NCBI GenBank assembly: GCA_000200715.1
Contig: DP000238.1
Coordinates: forward strand, 1,574,849 to 1,598,848
DNA from: Cenarchaeum symbiosum A
GTDB lineage: Archaea; Thermoproteota; Nitrososphaeria; Nitrososphaerales; Nitrosopumilaceae
DNA length: 24,000 bases
Direction of reading: 5' to 3'
Position numbers and translations under genes: made by a program. A model generated the notes under the pieces. The model was not told the origin of the DNA. It saw only the letters and a program-made list of their open reading frames with translations, and did no database searches. This document shows, in pieces, positions 7,769-14,415 of the stretch. The first letter of the stretch is position 1; each line of letters starts with the position of its first letter.

Positions 7769-8982
7769 TGTTTTTCCGCCCCGTCTATGCCGGCCCTTAT
7801 CATCTCATCTGCCTCCCGGAATGGCACGCCAAGCGACCGGGCCACCCTTCCCACTTCGTCGGATTCCACCTTGTAGGTGCCAGTGGCATCGTTTGTCTTG
7901 AACCTTACGGAGAACTTTCTGCCCCCGATATCCAGCTCGGCGCTGCGGTCCGAGCGCGGGGCGGTGAGCCTCCGCGACGAGCCCATCCTCACCCCGAGGG
8001 TGCCCGATTCTGCGACCAGCAGGCCCGCCAGGCGCTCTGCCAGCCGGTGCTCGCATATCACAGATACAAGGTGCGCCGGCCTCCCTTTCTTGGTCACCGC
8101 GGGCGAGACCGTAACGTCTAGCGCGCCCTTCTCCATGACAGAGTCTATCACATGGGCCATCAGCTCGCCCGAGGCGTCGTCTATGTTGGTCTCCAGGACT
8201 GCCACGCTGTCATGAAGCAGCCCTTCTGCAGCAGGACCGCGCACCACCTTTAGCACATTGGAGAACCCGTCAGGATCTGCGCTGCCGGCGCCGTATCCCA
8301 CGCCCTCCACCTCCATGGCCGGATAGAACCCGCTGCACGAGCCCGCAAGGCACCGCAGCATGCATGCTCCCGTCGGGGTCGCCAGCTCCACGCCCGCGGG
8401 CCCCCCGCAGATTGTTATCCCGGTCCCCCGGAGGATCTCCAGTATTGCGCCAGCAGGGTTCGAGGTGGTCCCGTGCGAGAACGTTACAGTGCCGCCCCCC
8501 ACCGCAACAGGCGTGCAGACAACCTCCTCGTCAAACGCGCTCAAGTCCTCGAGTGCTATTGCTGTGCCCAGTATGTCGACGACAGTGTCAAGGCTGGCCG
8601 CCTCGTGCAAGTGCACAGAGTCCTCCGGCTCGCCGTGTATGCGCGATTCTGCCGATATCAGCGCGTCAACAGACGACTCTGCGAACCCTGCCGCGCGCCC
8701 CGGCAGGCCTATCTTTTTGCACGCATTTGTTATGCATTCGCGCACCTCCGACGCGCGGCGCGCGTGCACTCCCCCTTCCAGGCGCAGGACCATGCCGGTC
8801 GCCTCGGTGCCGTGCCGCCGCGTCTTCTCAAAGCTGATCTCTACTATGCGCTCGCCCCCCAGGGGCCCCGCCGACCTGACGCCGTCTGATACGGCCGTCG
8901 CGCTTGCGCCCATGTCGACAAGTGACGAGAGCATCATGTCGCCGGATATGCCCGCGACCTGGCAGTCTATAACCAGAACCAT
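7765..8982 (-). CDS. larC: LarC-like nickel insertase (DUF111 family)
   Basis: The ATG at 8982 gives MVLVIDCQVAGISGDMMLSSLVDMG, the family's N-terminal motif. Further motifs: VHLHEAASLDTVVDILG, ELATPTGACML, LETNIDDASGE, VTKKGRPAHLVSV, ESGTLGVR. The track ORF start at 9069 adds 29 Pro/Arg-rich residues and is rejected. Confidence 0.85.
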   Translation of the reverse strand: MVLVIDCQVAGISGDMMLSSLVDMGASATAVSDGVRSAGPLGGERIVEISFEKTRRHGTEATGMVLRLEGGVHARRASEVRECITNACKKIGLPGRAAGFAESSVDALISAESRIHGEPEDSVHLHEAASLDTVVDILGTAIALEDLSAFDEEVVCTPVAVGGGTVTFSHGTTSNPAGAILEILRGTGITICGGPAGVELATPTGACMLRCLAGSCSGFYPAMEVEGVGYGAGSADPDGFSNVLKVVRGPAAEGLLHDSVAVLETNIDDASGELMAHVIDSVMEKGALDVTVSPAVTKKGRPAHLVSVICEHRLAERLAGLLVAESGTLGVRMGSSRRLTAPRSDRSAELDIGGRKFSVRFKTNDATGTYKVESDEVGRVARSLGVPFREADEMIRAGIDGAEKQ

Positions 8983-9004
8983 GCGCCATCGGCGGCCCAA
9001 AATG

Positions 9005-9014
9005 CATATAAATT
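9005..9014 (-). promoter_or_regulatory. TATA box for larC-larE-desulfurase operon
   Basis: The minus strand reads AATTTATATG. The box centre is 27.5 nt upstream of the larC ATG at 8982, implying a leaderless transcript. Confidence 0.5.
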
Positions 9015-9076
9015 GTCGCGGGCGGCCGCGCGGAGACAGCGGTCCCGGCGGGGGCGGATTCCGGTGCATGCACTAC

Positions 9077-9090
9077 ACTAGATTTAATTA
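9077..9090 (+). promoter_or_regulatory. BRE/TATA region of mdh (ACTAGATTTAATTA)
   Basis: The TTTAATTA centre is 26.5 nt upstream of the ATG at 9113. The 9-mer ACTAGATTT starts exactly 36 nt before the start codon, the same as at larB. Confidence 0.55.
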
Positions 9091-9112
9091 CTGATTGCCG
9101 CGGCCGCGCGGC

Positions 9113-10021
9113 ATGATAACCATAATAGGGGCCGGAAAGGTCGGCGGCGACGCAGCCATGTTCTGCGCGCTAAGGAGGCTCGACAGCGAGATTCTACTGC
9201 TCGACATAGTAGAGGGGCTGCCGCAGGGCGAGGCCATGGACATAAACCACATGCTCGCAGAGCAGGGGATAGACACGGAGGTCCGGGGCTCCAACGACTA
9301 TTCCGACATGGAGGGATCCGACATAGTGGTGGTGGTCGCCGGCGCCGGCAGAAAGCCGGGCATGACCAGGATGGACCTGCTCAAGATAAACGCAGGGATA
9401 GTAAAGGGGGTCGTCGAAAAGGTAAAAGAGCACGCCAAGGATTCCATGATAATCCCAGTTACAAACCCCCTTGATCCCATAACCTACATAGCATACAAGA
9501 CGTCCGGGTTTGAAAAAAACCGCGTCTTTGGCATGGGAGGAATGCTGGACCTGTCGAGGTTCAGGCAGTTCATACACGAGGCGACGGGCTACTCCCGGGA
9601 TTCCATCAGGGCTCTAGTCATGGGCGAGCACGGCGAGAACATGCTGCCCCTGCCGAGGTTCTCGACGGTCTCGGGGATACCCCTGCTGTCCCTTATATCC
9701 GCGGAAAAGGCAGCCGAGCTGGTCCGGGATACCAAGAAGGTTGCCGCCAAGGTGATAGAGCTCAAAGGGGCGACGGTCCACGCCCCGGGCAACTCCATAT
9801 CGGCCATGGTGGAATCCATAGTGCGGGACAAAAAGCAGGTGATCCCTGTATCTGCATACCTTGAGGGGGAGTACGGGCACTCTGGCGTTACCATAGGCGT
9901 GCCTGCAGTCATAGGCAGAAAAGGTGTCGAAAAGATAGTGGAGCTTGACCTTGACGGGGCCGAGAAGGAGGCGTTTGACAAGGGCGTTGCAAGCGTCAGG
10001 GACGCGGTATCCGGCGTCTGA
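9113..10021 (+). CDS. mdh: Malate dehydrogenase, LDH-like family
   Basis: [12 protein letters not shown] Rossmann motif. [14 protein letters not shown] has Arg at the substrate-discriminating position, which is Gln in LDHs. [20 protein letters not shown] and the MGEHGENM catalytic His are present. The TTG at 9095 in the track is a 6-codon over-extension. Confidence 0.9.
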   Translation: MITIIGAGKVGGDAAMFCALRRLDSEILLLDIVEGLPQGEAMDINHMLAEQGIDTEVRGSNDYSDMEGSDIVVVVAGAGRKPGMTRMDLLKINAGIVKGVVEKVKEHAKDSMIIPVTNPLDPITYIAYKTSGFEKNRVFGMGGMLDLSRFRQFIHEATGYSRDSIRALVMGEHGENMLPLPRFSTVSGIPLLSLISAEKAAELVRDTKKVAAKVIELKGATVHAPGNSISAMVESIVRDKKQVIPVSAYLEGEYGHSGVTIGVPAVIGRKGVEKIVELDLDGAEKEAFDKGVASVRDAVSGV

Positions 10022-10033
10022 CTAGATTTTTAT
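10021..10033 (+). promoter_or_regulatory. BRE/TATA region of larB (ACTAGATTTTTAT)
   Basis: The ATTTTTAT centre is 27.5 nt upstream of the TTG at 10057. ACTAGATTT starts exactly 36 nt before the start codon. The box directly follows the mdh stop (10019-10021), and its T5 run could also terminate mdh transcription. Confidence 0.5.
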
Positions 10034-10056
10034 CGGAAAATACAGGTGGCCAAATA

Positions 10057-10860
10057 TTGGAGCTCGACGAGATCCTCGAATCGCTTGCGGCAGGAAGGAT
10101 GGATTCAGCAGAGGCCAGGAGGCTGCTCTCGCTGTATTCCATAGAGAAGATGGGCGAGTTTGCAAAGTTCGACGCGGGCAGAAAGAACCGCAGGGGGATA
10201 CCCGAGGTGGTATACGCAGGCGGCAAGCAGCCAGTAGAGATAAGGGAGATAATCACGGGAGCCCTGAACAGCTCGGATTCTGTCCTGGTATCCAGGATAC
10301 GCGCAGACGACCTGCCTGATATAATGAAATTTGCAGGGGAGGCAGGCCTGCGCACTGACGAGGGAAGAAACTCGTCGTCTGTGCTGTTCTTTAGGAATCC
10401 GCCGCCAGAATACCCCGGAAAGGTGGGGATCATCTGCGCAGGAACCTCGGATATCGGCATAGCAGAAGAGGCCCGCCTCATGTGCAGGGCGATGAACTGC
10501 GGGAGCATCTGCAGCTATGATGTCGGGGTGGCCGGCATGCACAGGCTGTTCCCCGTCCTAAAGGAGATGGTGGCAGGCGATGTGGACGTGATAGTAGCGG
10601 TGGCCGGGATGGAGGGGGCGCTCGCCACGATAGTCTCGTCGATGGTGGACCTGCCGGTGATCGGGGTGCCAAGCTCCGCCGGCTACGGGTACGGAGGTGA
10701 TGGAATAGGGGCCCTTGCGGCCATGCTGCAAAGCTGCACCCTCGGGGTATCAGTAGTCAACATAGATAACGGGATAGGGGCGGGCGCTGTGGCTGCAAGC
10801 ATATGCCGCCGGGTCCGGCTCAGGGGCGGCGCGGAGCCGAGCGCAGATCCGCGCCCGTAA
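10057..10860 (+). CDS. larB: LarB-like (PurE/AIR-carboxylase-related) pyridinium-3,5-biscarboxylic acid mononucleotide synthase
   Basis: Motifs RRGIPEVVYAGGK, IICAGTSDIGIAEEA, DVGVAGMHRL, VAGMEGALATIVSSMVDLPVIGVPSSAGYGYGG. The TTG start is supported by the conserved N-terminal helix ILESLAAGRMDSAEARRLL and by promoter spacing. Confidence 0.85.
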   Translation: MELDEILESLAAGRMDSAEARRLLSLYSIEKMGEFAKFDAGRKNRRGIPEVVYAGGKQPVEIREIITGALNSSDSVLVSRIRADDLPDIMKFAGEAGLRTDEGRNSSSVLFFRNPPPEYPGKVGIICAGTSDIGIAEEARLMCRAMNCGSICSYDVGVAGMHRLFPVLKEMVAGDVDVIVAVAGMEGALATIVSSMVDLPVIGVPSSAGYGYGGDGIGALAAMLQSCTLGVSVVNIDNGIGAGAVAASICRRVRLRGGAEPSADPRP

Positions 10861-11079
10861 TGCCGGTCCGGCCGCTCGCAGGCCGCAAAAGCGCGGCTGT
10901 CCGTATATGGCCTTGTAGGGGGGCGCCCTGCCGTTTTCGACCTTTTCAGTCGTGTAGATGATGTTCTTGGTCTTGTGGTCGATCTTGACCCTGCGGACCC
11001 ACGAGGCCTTTTCCCTGGTCGCACGCTTGAAATTCTCATCCATCCACGTGCCCAGGTCATCTATGTTATAGCCTGCCAT
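10750..11079 (-). CDS. Hypothetical small protein (uncertain); its 3' third overlaps the larB 3' end antisense
   Basis: From the ATG at 11079: MAGYNIDDLGTWMDENFKRATREKASWVRRVKIDHKTKNIIYTTEKVENGRAPPYKAIY. This part has genome-typical codon usage (AAG, GAC, ATC, AGG). The last ~37 codons run antisense through larB and look like junk (R/A/P-rich). No family recognised, and no well-placed TATA box. Confidence 0.3.
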   Translation of the reverse strand: MAGYNIDDLGTWMDENFKRATREKASWVRRVKIDHKTKNIIYTTEKVENGRAPPYKAIYGQPRFCGLRAAGPALRARICARLRAAPEPDPAAYACSHSARPYPVIYVDY

Positions 11080-11247
11080 GCAAGGGGAGGCCGGTAGGAT
11101 ATTCAGGCCTTGGATGGCGCCGGATCCCGCGCCTGCAGGCCACAAAGACCCGTTTTCAGGCGTAACCGGGCAAACCGCCACATCATTTTGGCGGCACAGC
11201 CTGCGATAAAGTGCCAAAGTACGGGGAAGCATGCCATCTCGTAAGCG

Positions 11248-11255
11248 ATATATAG
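11248..11255 (+). promoter_or_regulatory. TATA box (ATATATAG) of the radical-SAM gene
   Basis: The box centre is 28.5 nt upstream of the TTG at 11280. Confidence 0.5.
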
Positions 11256-11261
11256 ACTGAA

Positions 11262-11275
11262 AGATGGCGCCATCT
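11262..11275. promoter_or_regulatory. Perfect 14-bp palindrome AGATGGC/GCCATCT between TATA box and start codon (candidate operator)
   Basis: Read directly from the sequence. It is flanked by a CTGAAA direct repeat (11257-11262 and 11274-11279) and overlaps the predicted transcription start. Confidence 0.35.
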
Positions 11276-11279
11276 GAAA

Positions 11280-12857
11280 TTGGCCGGCAAACGCGTGGTC
11301 CTCACAGCTGATCGCAGTCTGATGACGAACTACAGGGGGAACTTTCTCTATGGGTTTATCGCATGCGGCCCCTACGAGGTGCTGCCCGAGTGGGTCTTTG
11401 ACAAGGTCTTCTGCCCCGCAGTCGAGACGGACCCCCAGACAGGCGAGGCCAAGGTCGCCCAGGTGGGCCTGAGAAGGGTCCAGGGGGCCCTCCGCCAGGG
11501 CTACAAAAAGGAGGAGGTCTTTGTCGCCAACCCGGATTACATAGACAAGCCGATAGGCCCCGACACAAAGGTTGTCGGGATAAACGTGATGGACCCGCTG
11601 GGAATGGCGCCGGTCACCACGACCATGTCGCCTGAAAAGCTCTCCTATGTGGCCATGAAGTTCAAGAGGCTCTGCGCCAGGCTGATACAGCTGAAGAAAA
11701 AGTACGACTTCAAGGTGGTCATAGGCGGCAACGGCGCCTGGGAGCTGGCAAAGCCCGACAGGATGAAGATCCACGGGATAGACACTGTCGTCATAGGCGA
11801 GGCCGACGAGCTGGCAATGGACCTGTTTACCGACCTTGAAAAGGGCGACGCGCCGGAGCTGATGCACTGCTTTGTAAAGAACATACAGAACATACCGGTA
11901 ATAGACGAGCCGACGGTAAACTCGCTGATAGAGGCGATGAGGGGCTGCGGCAGGGGCTGTGACTTTTGCGACGTGAACAAGCGCTCAAAGAAAGACCTCC
12001 CCCCGGACAGGCTGCAAAAAGAGGCCAAGGTCAACCTCGACTATGGATTTGATTCAATCTGGCTCCACTCTGACGAGATGCTTTTGTACGGGTGCGACAA
12101 CCGCGACTTTATACCAAACAGGGACGCCATCACCGATCTCTGGAAGGGCCTCAAGGGGCTTGGCGCCAACTTTATCGGGACCACCCACATGACATTCTCT
12201 GCGGTGGCGGCGGACCCGGAACTGATGCACAACATAGCCACCATCAACCGGCAGCACGAGAACAACAGGTGGCTATCAACCAACCTTGGAATAGAGACCG
12301 TCGCGCCGGACTTGGTAAAAAAGCACCTCGGCGTCAAGACAAGGCCGTTTGCGCCGGAGGAATGGGGCAGCGTGGTCAGGAAGGGCGCCGAGATAATGAA
12401 CGAGAACCACTGGTTCCCTGCTGCGACAATAATCATCGGGTGGCCCGACGAATCCCCGGCGGACGTGCAGTACACGCTCGACATGGTGACAGATTTCAGG
12501 GCCATGGATTTCAGGGGCCTGGTGGCGCCGCTGCTCTACCAGGACTTTAGCGAAAAGAACTCTATGCACTTTGGCAACCTCAACGAGGCGCAGTTTACCT
12601 TGTTCTGGAAGTGCTGGGAGAACAACCTCAAGGTGATAAACGACATCATACCGATAATACTCCGGAACAAGACCTACGGCCCGCCGATGAAGCTCTTCAT
12701 GTACGGGATAATCAAGGCTGGCACCTGGGCGATAATGAGATACCTCAGGGGCCTCTGCAAGGACCTATTCAACGGCAAGATGCCCGACGAGATAGTCGAG
12801 AAATACGCAAGGAGCAGGTCGGTATCCGCCCCCAAGATAGAGACCAAAAAGCTCTGA
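11280..12857 (+). CDS. Radical SAM enzyme with N-terminal Rossmann-like (B12-binding-like) domain
   Basis: CGRGCDFC is the CxxxCxxC radical-SAM cluster motif, in EAMRGCGRGCDFCDV. The N-terminal ~200 aa (VVLTADRSLM..VVGINVMDPLG..KVVIGGNGAWELA..IDTVVIGEAD) resemble the accessory domain of class-B-type radical SAM enzymes. TTG start; the nearby ATG at 11263 is out of frame. Confidence 0.8.
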   Translation: MAGKRVVLTADRSLMTNYRGNFLYGFIACGPYEVLPEWVFDKVFCPAVETDPQTGEAKVAQVGLRRVQGALRQGYKKEEVFVANPDYIDKPIGPDTKVVGINVMDPLGMAPVTTTMSPEKLSYVAMKFKRLCARLIQLKKKYDFKVVIGGNGAWELAKPDRMKIHGIDTVVIGEADELAMDLFTDLEKGDAPELMHCFVKNIQNIPVIDEPTVNSLIEAMRGCGRGCDFCDVNKRSKKDLPPDRLQKEAKVNLDYGFDSIWLHSDEMLLYGCDNRDFIPNRDAITDLWKGLKGLGANFIGTTHMTFSAVAADPELMHNIATINRQHENNRWLSTNLGIETVAPDLVKKHLGVKTRPFAPEEWGSVVRKGAEIMNENHWFPAATIIIGWPDESPADVQYTLDMVTDFRAMDFRGLVAPLLYQDFSEKNSMHFGNLNEAQFTLFWKCWENNLKVINDIIPIILRNKTYGPPMKLFMYGIIKAGTWAIMRYLRGLCKDLFNGKMPDEIVEKYARSRSVSAPKIETKKL

Positions 12858-12858
12858 G

Positions 12859-12957
12859 TTTTGGGATATTCAGGACAGTGTGTCTAGAGGCCAGTCCGGC
12901 CTTTGGGATATTCAGCACCATACATCCAGGCCAGTCCGGCCTTTGGGATATTCAGCA
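12859..12957. repeat. Three copies of TTTGGGATATTCAG (12860, 12902, 12942); the last two lie within an exact 30-nt repeat AGGCCAGTCCGGCCTTTGGGATATTCAGCA (12888-12917 and 12928-12957)
   Basis: Read directly. Spacing is 42 and 40 nt. Each long copy starts with a short hairpin (AGGCC-AGTCC-GGCCT) followed by TTT. The repeats fill the convergent gap between the radical-SAM gene and the 107-aa gene. Confidence 0.85.
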
Positions 12958-12978
12958 TGAAATGAGCCGGCATTCTGC

Positions 12979-13302
12979 CTAGAGCTTTTCTATGGCGATG
13001 TCCGCTATTGTATTGCGCGTGGGCGTGAGTGATACAAAGTAGCTCTTGTCCGCCCTCTCGATCGTCTCCACCTTTTTGTGGCTCATGGTGGCCAGGTCGA
13101 ACTCGTATATGCCGGGCGCAAGCTCCCCCTTTGCGTATATCATCAGGTAGGATTCCCCCGTGCTCGGGCTGAGCGGTATGAACGACATCACATAGCCCTT
13201 GTACGAGCCGACCGGCATGGTATTCTTCATGGGCGGCGCGGCCGAGGCCAGGAACATAAAGACCTCGTCGATGGTGGCGAACTCTTCATACTCTATATGC
13301 AT
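12979..13302 (-). CDS. Hypothetical cytoplasmic protein (107 aa)
   Basis: Clean ORF with genome-typical composition (MHIEYEEFATIDEVFMFLASAAPP...). It has its own TATA box with the centre 25.5 nt upstream of the ATG. No signal peptide and no recognised family. Confidence 0.6.
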   Translation of the reverse strand: MHIEYEEFATIDEVFMFLASAAPPMKNTMPVGSYKGYVMSFIPLSPSTGESYLMIYAKGELAPGIYEFDLATMSHKKVETIERADKSYFVSLTPTRNTIADIAIEKL

Positions 13303-13323
13303 GGCCGGGGTCGGCTCTGTCGG

Positions 13324-13331
13324 TATAATAA
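13324..13331 (-). promoter_or_regulatory. TATA box (minus strand TTATTATA) for the 107-aa gene
   Basis: The box centre is 25.5 nt upstream of the ATG at 13302. It lies in the 59-nt gap after the upstream gene's stop. Confidence 0.5.
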
Positions 13332-13361
13332 GCTAGGGGATTCTGCGCGATGGTGGTACGA

Positions 13362-14354
13362 TCAGGCGCGGCGGACGGCCCTTGACCGGAGGTAGCCACC
13401 GGTCTTTATGCCCACCAGTGCGGGCGCCGCCACGTACATCCCAAGGTTGAGGGCTATAACGGCCATGCCGAGTCCCAGCACCTGCTGCTCCGAGCCGTCC
13501 TCGGCCAGTGTCATTATTGATAGCGTGGCCAGCATCGGCGTAACTGCCGCCCTGACCATCTCGCGGAATATTGGGCTCTCCCTCTCAAGGTCCGCCACTG
13601 CGGGCGAGAATGCATAGTATACGGTGCTAAACGCGCCCATGAAGGACGAGCCTGATTCTGTCGACATCAGCGTGTTGTCCCTTATCTCCCGGAGGTACTG
13701 CACCTGCGGTGCAAGCTCCGAGCCGTACGCTGCAGTTGCGATCAGGCACCCGCCTCCGCGTCCTGAGTCACGCTCGGGGACGCAGCTGCCGTCCTGCAGA
13801 ATGGTGCCGGCCCCGCATTGTACCTCAGGTTCAGGCTCCGGTTCTGGCTCGGGCTCTGGTTCAGGTTCTGGCTCGGGTTCGGGCTCCGGCTCGGGCTCTG
13901 GTTCAGGTTCTGGCTCGGGTTCCGGCTCTGGCTCGGGCTCTGGTTCTGGTTCCGGCTGTGCAGCCGCCCCGCCCAGATATTCAAAGAAGCCCACATGGCT
14001 CTGGGCTCCATATTGGACCTTGATCTCATAGTCACCACCCTGCTTCCACTGCGGGCCCCCGGCCACCAGGGTCTTCTCATACGAGCCGTCCGACCCCGGT
14101 ACGATCTGGTCGATGCCCACTATTGTGCCGAGGGGATCGACGATTATTATGGTGACGGCCTGGCTATAGTCGCCCAGGGTCTTTATCTGTCCTGATATTG
14201 TAACCGTATCCTTGTCAGAGTAGATGGGCTTGTCCGTTATAATCGAGATGGGCAGCCCGGAAGCGCCGGTCTGTGCGGCCACCGGCGCGGCCATGCCGTA
14301 TGATAGTATCGATGCGGCCAGAATAGCCAATGCCAGCCTACCGGACGTTTTCAT
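13362..14354 (-). CDS. Secreted/anchored protein: shared N-module + (PE)22 linker + Cys-motif C-terminal domain with hydrophobic tail
   Basis: Signal peptide [28 protein letters not shown]. The N-module is homologous to the PEFG-paralog N-modules. Next come 22 Pro-Glu repeats, then [12 protein letters not shown], then [28 protein letters not shown]...YYAFSP. The C-terminus has two hydrophobic stretches and an RSRAVRRA tail. Confidence 0.88.
   Translation of the reverse strand: MKTSGRLALAILAASILSYGMAAPVAAQTGASGLPISIITDKPIYSDKDTVTISGQIKTLGDYSQAVTIIIVDPLGTIVGIDQIVPGSDGSYEKTLVAGGPQWKQGGDYEIKVQYGAQSHVGFFEYLGGAAAQPEPEPEPEPEPEPEPEPEPEPEPEPEPEPEPEPEPEPEPEPEPEVQCGAGTILQDGSCVPERDSGRGGGCLIATAAYGSELAPQVQYLREIRDNTLMSTESGSSFMGAFSTVYYAFSPAVADLERESPIFREMVRAAVTPMLATLSIMTLAEDGSEQQVLGLGMAVIALNLGMYVAAPALVGIKTGGYLRSRAVRRA
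13824..13955 (-). repeat. Hexanucleotide-periodic coding repeat, 22 x (CCN GAR) = (Pro-Glu)22
   Basis: Counted unit by unit from the sequence. Synonymous codons vary between units. There is a 35-nt exact internal duplicate at 42-nt offset (13846-13880 = 13888-13922). Confidence 0.95.
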
Positions 14355-14382
14355 TATTCTAGAGTTTACGAAAGTACGATAG

Positions 14383-14391
14383 TATTTATGT
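14383..14391 (-). promoter_or_regulatory. TATA region (minus strand ACATAAATA) for the (PE)22 gene
   Basis: Same 9-mer as upstream of PEFG paralog 2. It ends 29 nt upstream of the ATG at 14354, implying a leader of a few nt. Confidence 0.4.
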
Positions 14392-14415
14392 ATTCAGCAG
14401 GGAAAAGCCTGATTC

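Noticed and set aside
12859-12957. Possible miniature CRISPR array (regularly spaced direct repeats)
   Set aside because: There are only three copies, and only two of the full 30-nt unit. The 'spacers' of 10-28 nt are too short and partly repeat-derived. There are no cas genes or leader, so I treat it as a structured intergenic repeat instead.
13624-14031. Plus-strand ORF reading the hexamer repeat as (Gly-Ser)n
   Set aside because: The minus-strand frame is continuous with a signal peptide, the conserved head module and the Cys-motif domain. The plus-strand ORF has no such context and is the mirror image of the (PE)22 tract.
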